Shown: piece by piece, positions 11,401 to 19,260 of the stretch
How the letters are laid out: each line of letters opens with the position of its first letter
Numbering within the stretch: the first letter of the stretch is position 1
Origin: a virus
Length of the DNA stretch: 43,592 nt
IMG/VR virus record: IMGVR_UViG_3300005573_000020
Coordinates: 1-43,592 of that record
Strand: one strand, 5' to 3'
Notes under the pieces: generated by a model
Database searches by the model: none
What the model was told of the DNA's origin: nothing
The model's input: only the letters and a program-made list of their open reading frames with translations
Translations under genes and position numbers: made by a program

Positions 11401-13284
11401 AACAAGGCCAATAAAATAGATAAAGTAATCGCACCCATAGATGTACTGATGGATATTCTTAATGGAGCAAAAGGAACATACACCGGAGCCCACATGTCAA
11501 TGGTTAAGGGGAGAATAGATTATAACTTTAATCAATACCTAAATCTAAAAGATTCACTTCAGGATCCGATTATCGAATTGGCCGAGAAACTAAAATTAAA
11601 GAAAGGAAACTTTGAAAGAATTGGAATTATAGCTGCCAGCGAACAGGAAGGGGGAATAGAAAAATTAAAAAATATCGGGATTACAGAAGAGGACATAGCC
11701 AAAATAAAACTAACCAACGAGGAACAGCAAATGCTTGATAAAATGAGAGAAATAATGGAAAGTCAATTTCCCGCAATTCAACAAATAATGAGAAATGTCT
11801 TTAACCAGCCGGTAGGCAAAGTCAAAAACTATTTCTCATTTATGACCAACTGGAAAGCGATGGATGAAGCTGAAGTATTTCAGAGAATGGGACCAAATGT
11901 TGAAGAATTTGGCAAACCAACCAAGCATGTCGAGATGGGATTTACCAAAGAAAGAACAAGTCCGGGCCAACAAAAAATACAGATAAATGCCCTCAAAATA
12001 TTCATGAAGCATACCGACAATGTGGCATATCTTCTGACTATGGGCAGAGACACCAAAATGATTTATGAGATATTTAATTCTCCCGAATACAAAGAAAAAG
12101 CCGGAGATTTGGCACAACTATTAATGCTCGAATGGATAGATGTAATAGCCAGAAAGGGAGGCGGTGCGGGAGCCAATCAAATAGCGATTCTCGACACATT
12201 AAGAAAAAATATAGGAGCCGGTATTTTGGGACTTAAAATAACATCCGCAGCAATTCAATGGACTTCATTGATTGATGGAATGGGTATGATTGGGCCAACT
12301 TGGGGATTAAAGGGAGCAGCCAACATGGCAAGTAAAGAATGGAGACAATTTATGATGAAATTTCCAGAATTAAGAGAACGAGCCGGCGGAGAATATGCTA
12401 TCCAAGAACTAATTGAAGGAAATTGGTTTAATAGAATTCAAGAAAAGGGATTTCTGCCCTTGGAAATGATAGACAAAATAACTGCAATGTCCGTAGGATC
12501 CGGGGCATACGAAAAGAAAATGCAAGAAATGGGCAAAAATATTGACCTAACAAAAGATCCAGATCCCGAAGCATTAAAATATGCACAATTGGCAGTAAGA
12601 AGAACCCAGGCTTCCATGCTATTCAAAGATGTACCCCTAGCCGTAAGCCGGGGAGTATTAACCGGAAACAGATCAGTAGATAAGACAATCTTTCAATTCC
12701 AAAACTTTCTATTATTTAGATGGAGCAGAATAGAACATGACGCAATCAGAGTTGGGATAGAAACCAAAAGTCCAAAACAAGCAATAAATGTTCTATTTTG
12801 GATAATATTGGCTTCCCTCGCCGCTACGGGAACCCGAATGGGGGTTAATAAATTGATGGATTTCATTCTGGGAAGAGAAGATAAAAAGAAAGAAAAACTA
12901 ATAGCCGCTACGCTTAAAAATATGCTTTACGAAATAACCGGAACAATACCATTTATGGGCAACATATTCGGATCTTACATGTATGACAATTCATTGGTGC
13001 CAATATTGGAAGTTCCGTCAACCGCAATCCAAGGAGCAAAAAGTGCCATTACCGGAAAATCATTAATAACTAAGGCCAAAGGAATCAATAACTTTTTAAC
13101 TTCGATTATGGCAATGCAGGGAGTTCCGGGAGCAATGCAAGCTCAAGGCATTATCCGCAAATGGCTATCTCGGCAAAAAGCCGTTAAACCAACCGGACCA
13201 ATATTGCAAATGCCACGAGCAACCGTAACTATGCCGAAAGCCATTTTGAAAATGCCACGAGCCATATTAACACCACCAAAATGA
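8434..13284 (+). CDS. Giant virion protein with an N-terminal RlpA-like (DPBB) lytic transglycosylase domain and an embedded GNAT-like segment
   Basis: GQASWYGNELRGRPTASGELFNPDDLTAASWDYPFGTKLKVTNLDTGKSVIVRVNDRGP matches the RlpA double-psi beta-barrel signature. LRLKGIGSQLVQDAL resembles GNAT motif A. The ATG at 8434 directly follows the upstream stop (8430-8432), so I prefer it to the track start at 8368. Confidence 0.85.
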   Translation: MFLDQFIQSIIPGRTITVTPEKKYTPPAELPMTLPGAEPLPLKTGQASWYGNELRGRPTASGELFNPDDLTAASWDYPFGTKLKVTNLDTGKSVIVRVNDRGPNQIKYPKRVIDLSQAAFKQIADPAQGLIKNIKIEPISTKPSADMIPTVKLTEQPSEPLQIGATPLERLWKGQEVFTPGITEFGKPILKEYTPTENVFKNFIKELPEQTLKFFPFTRLWYKAPAKTLGERVLQIEDEAIDFLRGIAQLYARAGYSAYSLLKGEDINKQIKQVPILGQVSTYERDAYENLMAGASPLEAGISLGAEAAITSSLIAGPAMKAIRTLEPKIRYGTLETTLSKQDISDITAGRITTGPKVEAFKEAINSGIRIAQQIKNGKSVVVKVKTPSEIGEILYSPINKQTISKAINLVQRWEPQIGLTIKDISRGIPEEPIKPIPKELEPSVQEARKYKTLEKIFKNTIYKKYLLDNGAYFELAVNKKTGDAVLNDVFVPENLRLKGIGSQLVQDALQKLRIDFPEVKTISGFAGSREGRVLMSKFGITEAPSKFIDIYNQAIKGIKEIKPEVKLTAKQQSILEAEYQKEFETIKKETEDKLFRDIKGLGGIKTDPTIKEEMSDLPIDIMRKDGYTPDEIARELNGMGYNFEDGMDLVERIKEIRTMPTRYRPAQTSLQKMKVISVKMSEAVPKEKVANLEKIAQQIVREATIGRPTPPIKPTIAKATGLKPIERLITKGETALLKMRLKAEERGAKRATMIARRETRDQILSQLREEKKEIEDVRKQITDYAKQNLEPRDRGRAMVIVRDAKTQEDLTKAFVRIERWAEQLEKKSIRNDILKLSKKLTESPSVAIDYKNRINEVLSNYELKGHTQALIGKLEATKKYINERIAKGEDVELPQRIWRAVDILARTPFDQIPLRTLENIYNEIQFLGALGKTKWRSRMALYNAEKETIKDALLKEVRPIQYRKIFQPEPGEKITASQKMKNFIINAINKANKIDKVIAPIDVLMDILNGAKGTYTGAHMSMVKGRIDYNFNQYLNLKDSLQDPIIELAEKLKLKKGNFERIGIIAASEQEGGIEKLKNIGITEEDIAKIKLTNEEQQMLDKMREIMESQFPAIQQIMRNVFNQPVGKVKNYFSFMTNWKAMDEAEVFQRMGPNVEEFGKPTKHVEMGFTKERTSPGQQKIQINALKIFMKHTDNVAYLLTMGRDTKMIYEIFNSPEYKEKAGDLAQLLMLEWIDVIARKGGGAGANQIAILDTLRKNIGAGILGLKITSAAIQWTSLIDGMGMIGPTWGLKGAANMASKEWRQFMMKFPELRERAGGEYAIQELIEGNWFNRIQEKGFLPLEMIDKITAMSVGSGAYEKKMQEMGKNIDLTKDPDPEALKYAQLAVRRTQASMLFKDVPLAVSRGVLTGNRSVDKTIFQFQNFLLFRWSRIEHDAIRVGIETKSPKQAINVLFWIILASLAATGTRMGVNKLMDFILGREDKKKEKLIAATLKNMLYEITGTIPFMGNIFGSYMYDNSLVPILEVPSTAIQGAKSAITGKSLITKAKGINNFLTSIMAMQGVPGAMQAQGIIRKWLSRQKAVKPTGPILQMPRATVTMPKAILKMPRAILTPPK

Positions 13285-13538
13285 AAAAAATTATTACAAA
13301 TGGAAATGATCCGCAATTTTCATATGGCAAACTATTAGATTGTCTGATTGTAATCGGATTTTTAATCTTGATATTAACAATAGCGGGAATATTTGTCGGA
13401 GTGTCGCTTTTAATAATAAGCAAAATAACCAACAACCAAACCATCGGAGTATTATTGGATCTGCCATTTTTATACGTGGCATATAGAATCAGTAAAAGAA
13501 TATTAAAGAAACTATACGGGAAAACATTTGAAACATGA
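13281..13538 (+). CDS. Small membrane protein (2 predicted TM helices)
   Basis: ATGA overlaps at both ends. Hydrophobic stretches LDCLIVIGFLILILTIAGIFVGVSLLII and GVLLDLPFLYVAY. Confidence 0.6.
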   Translation: MKKIITNGNDPQFSYGKLLDCLIVIGFLILILTIAGIFVGVSLLIISKITNNQTIGVLLDLPFLYVAYRISKRILKKLYGKTFET

Positions 13539-14791
13539 TTGACTTATCTAAAAAATCGGTTCTCCTTTATGACTACGGCCTCTGCACCGAATTCGCCGTA
13601 AGACTGGCCAGAGATTTTGGGAAAGTTTATTACTACTGTTCATGGGAAGACGCATTTCCAAAATCAAATAAGGCTTTGATTGGCGAAGGATTAGAGGGAA
13701 TAGAAAGAGTTTTAAACTTCTGGGATTATGTAGATAAAGTAGATCTGATTTGTTTCTTTGATACTTATAATGCAGATATAGTAGATTATTTACGCAACAA
13801 GGGATACCGGGTATTCGGGGCCGGACGTGCCGAAATCATAGAAAACAATCGCTGGCAAACCCGAGAACTGCAAAAAGAATTAGGCTTGCCAACCCAAGAC
13901 ACAAAGAGAATAATAGGAATTGACAACTTAATAGAATACCTTAAAAAGAACAAAAAGAAATGGATTAAACTTAATCAATTTAGAGGAGACATCGAAACCT
14001 TCTATCATGAAACCTATGACGAAACCGAAGCACAATTTTTGGGAATTCTAATGAATGAAACCGGAGCCAAAGGCAAAACCTTAGAATTTGTAGTTGAAGA
14101 CGAGGTAGGAGAAGTGGAGCCGGGATATGATGGATGGGTAATTGATGGTCAATACCCGCCAATGGCAATGTACGGATACGAACAAAAGGGCACGGGATAC
14201 ATTGGAAAGATAAGTACCTACGAAAATATGCCCGAAGCGATACGACTTATCAACGACAAATTGGCTTATGTGTTCCGTAGATTAAAAGCAAGAACTCTAT
14301 TTTCAACTGAACTACGCGTAGATAAAAAGGGTAAAGGATACTTAATAGATCCCTGCGTGCGCGCTCCAATGCCCGTGCCCTCAGCTATTCACTTGGAGAT
14401 TTGGCGAAACTTTTCAGAAATCATTTGGTACGGAGCAGGAGGAGAAATAATCGAGCCGCTTCCGATTGCCAAATACGGTGCGGGGATTTGTATGGAATCT
14501 GGCTGGGCTCAAGAACATTGGACACATATCGAAATACCGCCAGAAATAAGACAATGGATAAAGCTAAGAATGGCATTCAAAACAAAAGACAATCATTTTT
14601 ATGCCCTGCCGGGATTTGAATCCCTAGGATCGGTTATCGGACTTGGGAATACAATCGAAGAAGCTATTAACAAGGTTAAACAAAGAGCTTCTCAAATAAA
14701 GGCCAAAGAATTAACCTATTCCATTTCAGGGCTTCAGGAAATAGCCACAAAGACTATTCCTACGGGTCGTCGGTATGGAATAAATTTTTAA
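13535..14791 (+). CDS. ATP-grasp superfamily enzyme
   Basis: Pre-ATP-grasp-like N terminus (VLLYDYG...VFGAG), a central KWIKLNQFRGD segment, EFVVEDEVGEVEPGYDGWVIDG, and LFSTELRVDKKGKGYLIDPCVRAP, which resembles the ATP-grasp catalytic loop. Confidence 0.6.
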   Translation: MIDLSKKSVLLYDYGLCTEFAVRLARDFGKVYYYCSWEDAFPKSNKALIGEGLEGIERVLNFWDYVDKVDLICFFDTYNADIVDYLRNKGYRVFGAGRAEIIENNRWQTRELQKELGLPTQDTKRIIGIDNLIEYLKKNKKKWIKLNQFRGDIETFYHETYDETEAQFLGILMNETGAKGKTLEFVVEDEVGEVEPGYDGWVIDGQYPPMAMYGYEQKGTGYIGKISTYENMPEAIRLINDKLAYVFRRLKARTLFSTELRVDKKGKGYLIDPCVRAPMPVPSAIHLEIWRNFSEIIWYGAGGEIIEPLPIAKYGAGICMESGWAQEHWTHIEIPPEIRQWIKLRMAFKTKDNHFYALPGFESLGSVIGLGNTIEEAINKVKQRASQIKAKELTYSISGLQEIATKTIPTGRRYGINF

Positions 14792-14792
14792 C

Positions 14793-15038
14793 ATGTCGGA
14801 AAAACCAGACATCAAAGTTTTATTGGAAAGAGTAGACAACCTTATTGAAACCAATAAAAACGAACACAAAACAATCATTGACCAGGTTAGAAAAACCAAT
14901 GGCACTCTTGGTGTTCACGATGTCAGAATTGGCAAACTCGAACGATGGAAAAGCACCATAACGGGAGCATTGATTGTTATTAACGTTATCATCGTTCCTA
15001 TTTTGCTTTATTTAATATACATACAACTTACAAAATAA
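14793..15038 (+). CDS. Tail-anchored membrane protein (lysis-associated candidate)
   Basis: 81 aa with a coiled N-terminal part and a single C-terminal TM (ITGALIVINVIIVPILLYLIYI). First gene of the lysis cluster. Confidence 0.5.
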   Translation: MSEKPDIKVLLERVDNLIETNKNEHKTIIDQVRKTNGTLGVHDVRIGKLERWKSTITGALIVINVIIVPILLYLIYIQLTK

Positions 15039-15084
15039 TCCTTTCAATTAACTATTAAAGGATAATAATTAAATATACAAATTT

Positions 15085-16179
15085 ATGGATGACAAACCGA
15101 CAAAATCTGGTTTTATTCCGGAACCGGTTGAAGAAAAAGACTGGACATTTGGTGCTTCCGGTCTTGATACCGAGGCAAAGGTTGCGGACGGAAATTGGAT
15201 TCCTTTTTTACCGGCCAACGAGAAGCAAAGACAGGGATTTGAATCAATGGCTTGCACAAATTTCAGCTCAACAACCGCCATTGAAATTCTATTTACCCGC
15301 TTGATTGACTTAAAACTGATTTCGGTTGAAAACTTAAAATGGTTGAATGATAATGGATATATAGACGATACCGGACACATCAATTTCTCGGATAGGTTTG
15401 ACGCTTTGGTTTCTAATACCGATCCCAATTCGGGAAATACCCTAAAGGCGGTAGCCGAAGGCAAAAGAAAATTCGGGATGATACCCGAGAAAATGCTTCC
15501 TTGGGTTGATAATATAAAGGAATACTTTGACAAAACCAAGATAACCCCCGACATGTATGCGCTCGGGCAGGAGTTTCTTAAGAGATTTCCGATTAACTAT
15601 GAATTGGTCTATACCAAGGATTTTGCCCTTGCCTTGAGAATTTCGCCTTTGGCCGGTGCCTGCTTTGCTTGGAACGGAACGCAAAATGGTGTATACTATA
15701 AGGTGCCATATAATATTAACCATGCCATTTGTATTGTCGAACCGCCGGACATCTGGCAAATAATGGATTCTTACGAACCATTTATTAAGAAATTAGCTAA
15801 TGATTACACTTTCTATGATTACGCAATCCGGTATATCGTTAGGGAGATTACCGGCTTGCCCAATCAAAGTGTAAAAAAAAACATGTATACTTTGCGGAGA
15901 GATCCTCAAAATCCAAACGAGGTTTACGCATTCAACGAAACAAAAAGCGTAAAAAGGCACATTGCCAATAAGCAAACGCTTATAGAGGGAGCAAGACCAA
16001 CCGATCAATATTGGGTTTGGTCCGAAACGCTTCCCATAGTCGTGGCAAGTCAAGAAGAGTTTAATAATGCCGTTGAGGCGGCAGAAATACTTTTGCTTCC
16101 GCCCGATTCAAGATCTTCGGAAGTATCAACCGGAGGATTTAATTTATGGAAATGGATTAAAAGTTTATTTGGCAGATAA
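15085..16179 (+). CDS. Papain-like cysteine peptidase (candidate cell-wall endopeptidase/endolysin)
   Basis: QRQGFESMACTNFSS gives a Gln/Cys nucleophile context. NINHAICIVEPPDIWQIMDSY gives a His plus acidic/amide context, as in clan CA enzymes. Position is between membrane proteins of the lysis cluster. Confidence 0.5.
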   Translation: MDDKPTKSGFIPEPVEEKDWTFGASGLDTEAKVADGNWIPFLPANEKQRQGFESMACTNFSSTTAIEILFTRLIDLKLISVENLKWLNDNGYIDDTGHINFSDRFDALVSNTDPNSGNTLKAVAEGKRKFGMIPEKMLPWVDNIKEYFDKTKITPDMYALGQEFLKRFPINYELVYTKDFALALRISPLAGACFAWNGTQNGVYYKVPYNINHAICIVEPPDIWQIMDSYEPFIKKLANDYTFYDYAIRYIVREITGLPNQSVKKNMYTLRRDPQNPNEVYAFNETKSVKRHIANKQTLIEGARPTDQYWVWSETLPIVVASQEEFNNAVEAAEILLLPPDSRSSEVSTGGFNLWKWIKSLFGR

Positions 16180-16202
16180 TAATTAATTTAAAAATTAAAA
16201 CT

Positions 16203-16436
16203 ATGAACTCAAAGTTTTTGAATCTGAATTTATCAGATTTCGGAAAAGGTCTTATCCTCGCCGTGCTTACGGCTGCCATTGGTTTTGTTTATGCCTTGAT
16301 CAAGGATAAAGGATTTGATATTTCTTCCGCAGATTTAAACGATTTGCTTAAGATAGTTATTACCGCATTTCTCGGTTATCTTAGTAAAAATCTTTTGACA
16401 AACAGCGAGGGAGAAGTTTTTAGAGGCGAGAAATAA
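16203..16436 (+). CDS. Holin-like small membrane protein
   Basis: 77 aa with two TM helices (GLILAVLTAAIGFVYALI and LLKIVITAFLGYLSKNLL) and a charged C terminus. It lies between two wall hydrolases. Confidence 0.6.
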   Translation: MNSKFLNLNLSDFGKGLILAVLTAAIGFVYALIKDKGFDISSADLNDLLKIVITAFLGYLSKNLLTNSEGEVFRGEK

Positions 16437-16439
16437 CCT

Positions 16440-16913
16440 TTGTTTAGGATTTTGTTGGGAATTTTGTTGACTCTGTCTTCTTTAATTCCAAGCAAGACCT
16501 CGGTGGTAACTGAAAGGTATGCCGATAATTTTGTTATGGCTACGCAGCACGAAAATATATCGGAGAAAGACAATTACTTGATTATCAACGAATCTTACGT
16601 CTATGGGACAAATATGAAGCCTGAAGACAAATCATTGGGAGACATAATATCGGAAGAGATTGAAAAATACGACTGGGATATAGATACGGCCACCGCCATA
16701 GCCAAATGTGAAAGCGGACTTAACCCAATGGCCATAAATTGGAAAGATGCCCTGATAACTGGGATGCCATCGATGGGTATATTTCAGCTCAACCGACCAT
16801 ACGATGAAAAATATTTTGATTGGAAATACAATATCTGGGAAGCATACAATCTATATTTAAAAAGAGGTTGGAGGCCATGGACCTGCACAAAGATGATAAA
16901 AAAATATCCTTGA
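16440..16913 (+). CDS. Lysozyme-like (SLT/transglycosylase-like) muramidase with an N-terminal signal or anchor
   Basis: AIAKCESGLNPMAIN...GIFQLN matches the catalytic Glu-Ser and GxxQ motifs of the lytic transglycosylase fold. Hydrophobic N terminus FRILLGILLTLSSLIP. TTG start 4 nt after the upstream stop. Confidence 0.75.
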   Translation: MFRILLGILLTLSSLIPSKTSVVTERYADNFVMATQHENISEKDNYLIINESYVYGTNMKPEDKSLGDIISEEIEKYDWDIDTATAIAKCESGLNPMAINWKDALITGMPSMGIFQLNRPYDEKYFDWKYNIWEAYNLYLKRGWRPWTCTKMIKKYP

Positions 16914-16959
16914 CATAAATAGATTTTATTATTCAAATAAATATAAAAAAGTTATCAAC

Positions 16960-16989
16960 AGCTTGCCTTATTGACAAGCTATTTTTTTT
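16960..16989 (+). terminator. Rho-independent terminator after the lysis module
   Basis: Stem AGCTTGCC / GACAAGCT (7 of 8 bp) with a 5-nt loop, followed by A-TTTTTTTT (16982-16989). Confidence 0.7.
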
Positions 16990-16999
16990 AGAATAAGAT
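16971..16999 (+). promoter_or_regulatory. Sigma70-type promoter candidate for the early module
   Basis: TTGACA (16971-16976), 17-nt spacer, TAAGAT (16994-16999). The -35 lies in the 3' arm of the preceding terminator. Confidence 0.5.
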
Positions 17000-17027
17000 A
17001 AAATTATAATAAAATAACAATAAAAAT

Positions 17028-17213
17028 ATGAAAGAAAAACGACAAAGATTAGAACCAAGATTAATAAAAGAACGAGACAAATTAATCTGCAACCTCTATC
17101 ATAGGCAAAAATTTACAATGGTAGAATTGGGGCAGATTTTTCGTATGTCGACACAACAAATTTATTATATTGTTAAATTGGATAAGATTAAAAAGGACTT
17201 CCTAACAGAATAA
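17028..17213 (+). CDS. Small helix-turn-helix DNA-binding protein
   Basis: 61 aa; FTMVELGQIFRMSTQQIYYIV looks like an HTH (sigma region 4 / excisionase-like). First gene after the promoter candidate. Confidence 0.55.
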   Translation: MKEKRQRLEPRLIKERDKLICNLYHRQKFTMVELGQIFRMSTQQIYYIVKLDKIKKDFLTE

Positions 17214-17217
17214 AAAC

Positions 17218-17643
17218 ATGAAAACCAAAAAATGCACACGATGTAAAAAACGATATCCAGCCGACAGAAAACACTTTAAACCCGCCAATAGAAGTAGCGA
17301 TGGCCTACAAAGCTGGTGTCGCAACTGTTCACGATTAGTGGACCGAAAATACAGCCGGCAGTATCGTAAAGATCATCCGGAATGGAAAAGGGCCGATAAC
17401 GAAAAAAGGGCAGAACAAATGATAAAACTGGCTAAAGAATGGAGGAAGAAACATCCGGAAATAGTAAGATGTTATAAAATCTACAATAAAGCATTAAGAA
17501 ATAGAACATTGAAGAAAAAACCATGTCAGATTTGCGGAAACCCAAAAAGCGAAGGACATCACGAAGATTATTCAAAACCATTAAAAGTAATTTGGCTCTG
17601 CGACAAACATCATCGGGAGGTTCATTCATTGCCAATAGAATAA
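17218..17643 (+). CDS. HNH endonuclease (free-standing)
   Basis: CxxC...CxxC N-terminal zinc motif and C-terminal CQICGNPKSEGHHEDYSKPLKVIWLCDKHHREVH (HNH signature). Confidence 0.8.
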   Translation: MKTKKCTRCKKRYPADRKHFKPANRSSDGLQSWCRNCSRLVDRKYSRQYRKDHPEWKRADNEKRAEQMIKLAKEWRKKHPEIVRCYKIYNKALRNRTLKKKPCQICGNPKSEGHHEDYSKPLKVIWLCDKHHREVHSLPIE

Positions 17644-17692
17644 ACCACTATATGGTCGAGTAGTGGTCAACAAATTAATTAAGATTAAAGAC

Positions 17693-18394
17693 ATGGACAA
17701 CAAACAAACAAAACAACTGACGATTAAAGGCAATTACGACATAACCAAGGTAGATCAAGTAACGAAGATGGCCAAGATTCTGAAAGAACACATAGTAAAG
17801 AATAAACTATACGTTCCGATAGCCCAAAAGAATTATGTAATGGTAGAAGGCTGGCAATTCGCCGGAGGATTGTTGGGACTATTTCCAAGAATCACCGAAG
17901 TTAAAGAATTGGGATCCGGTAAATGGATGACCAAGGCGGAAATAATAGATAAGAACGATAAAACCATAAGCATCGGATACGCTATTTGTTCAAAGGAAGA
18001 GTTAAAGAAAAAGAGTTTTGACGAATACGCCATACTTTCAATGGCTCAGACCCGAGCAATCGGCAAGGCATATAGAAATCTGATTGGATGGGTAATGAAA
18101 TTAGCCGGATACGAAAGCACGCCATCAGAAGAAATGATTAGCGGGGGAACGATCGCAAATGAAATCAAAGTGGTTCAGTTAAAGGGAAGCACATCCAGGG
18201 TTGAAACATTAAAAGCCATGTTGCCGGGAGAAACCGATATACAAAAATTGGCGGCATTCAAAAGAATTACCAAGATAAATATAGACTCATTAGACGTCAC
18301 CGAAGAATATGCCGCAAGATTAATCGGGGAATTACTAAAGATCCAGGCAATGGCCAACAAAAAAAATGGAGGCACGAAAACTATACAAAGGTAA
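17693..18394 (+). CDS. Putative ssDNA-binding/annealing (recombination) protein
   Basis: Lies directly upstream of, and overlaps, a PD-(D/E)XK nuclease gene. Conserved-looking SMAQTRAIGKAYRNLIGW segment. ATG at 17693 preferred over the GTG at 17663. The function is contextual. Confidence 0.35.
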   Translation: MDNKQTKQLTIKGNYDITKVDQVTKMAKILKEHIVKNKLYVPIAQKNYVMVEGWQFAGGLLGLFPRITEVKELGSGKWMTKAEIIDKNDKTISIGYAICSKEELKKKSFDEYAILSMAQTRAIGKAYRNLIGWVMKLAGYESTPSEEMISGGTIANEIKVVQLKGSTSRVETLKAMLPGETDIQKLAAFKRITKINIDSLDVTEEYAARLIGELLKIQAMANKKNGGTKTIQR

Positions 18395-19109
18395 AATACT
18401 CCTAGAATTCCAAGCCGAACCGCATCATAAATTCTTTGTAAATGGAAAACCGGTATTATCGGTAACTGCAGCTACCAGCATGATTGACAAATCCGAACCG
18501 CTAATGGGATGGGCAGTAAACACGATGGGCCTATATCTCGAACAGCATCTTCAACCCAACAAGGAATACACAATAGAAGAATTGATAGACCTAATCAATA
18601 CAGCCAAAAGAAAATACCGGGAGGTAAAGGCAGTAGCCGCAGATATAGGAAAAGAGGCCCACGAATGGGCAAAGAATTACGTCAAGGGACTGAATCCAGA
18701 TATGCCCGAGAATCCGAAGGTACTGAACTCGGTCACAGCATTCCTAAAATGGTATAAAGAAACCAATATCAAGCCGATATCGGTTGAGGAAATAATATAC
18801 AGCAAGAAATATAACTACGCCGGTATCTTGGATCTAGAAGGAAAGATAGATAACAAATACTTTTCAATCATTGACTATAAAACTGGAAGTGGCATCTATC
18901 CAGAAATGAGATACCAAAGAGCCGCATATCAGCACGCCAAAGAAGAGATGATTGGCAGGAAATATGGAGACGGATGGATTATAAGATTTGATAAGGAAAC
19001 CGCAGAATTTGAGGCAAAATGCATTCCGGCCAGCGAACAAGCAAAGGACTTTAAGGCATTTTTAGGAGCTCTTTCTATAAAGAGAAGAGAACAAGAATTA
19101 AAATCGTAG
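18366..19109 (+). CDS. PD-(D/E)XK family nuclease (RecB/Cas4-like exonuclease)
   Basis: YAGILDLEG...FSIIDYKTG (D...D/E-x-K) followed by YQRAAYQHA (QxxxY motif). Confidence 0.65.
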   Translation: MEARKLYKGKILLEFQAEPHHKFFVNGKPVLSVTAATSMIDKSEPLMGWAVNTMGLYLEQHLQPNKEYTIEELIDLINTAKRKYREVKAVAADIGKEAHEWAKNYVKGLNPDMPENPKVLNSVTAFLKWYKETNIKPISVEEIIYSKKYNYAGILDLEGKIDNKYFSIIDYKTGSGIYPEMRYQRAAYQHAKEEMIGRKYGDGWIIRFDKETAEFEAKCIPASEQAKDFKAFLGALSIKRREQELKS

Positions 19110-19226
19110 GAGGAGAGCGGGCGAAAGGCCTAAGGCCGTTAACTCGACATAAGACCGTTTGGGGTTATATAACCTCCCATATTATTAGGAATCGACCACC
19201 CCATATAAAGCGCCCGCTTCGCCTCC
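19109..19226 (+). ncRNA. Candidate structured RNA, or a DNA inverted-repeat element, closed by a long-range helix
   Basis: GGAGGAGAGCGGGCG (19109-19123) pairs with CGCCCGCTTCGCCTCC (19211-19226): 14 bp with one bulge and one mismatch. Internal hairpins GGCC-TAA-GGCC and GGGGTT-ATAT-AACCTC. No ORF. Confidence 0.4.
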
Positions 19227-19260
19227 AAAAAGTTATCAAGCCTTCATAAACGAAATAATC

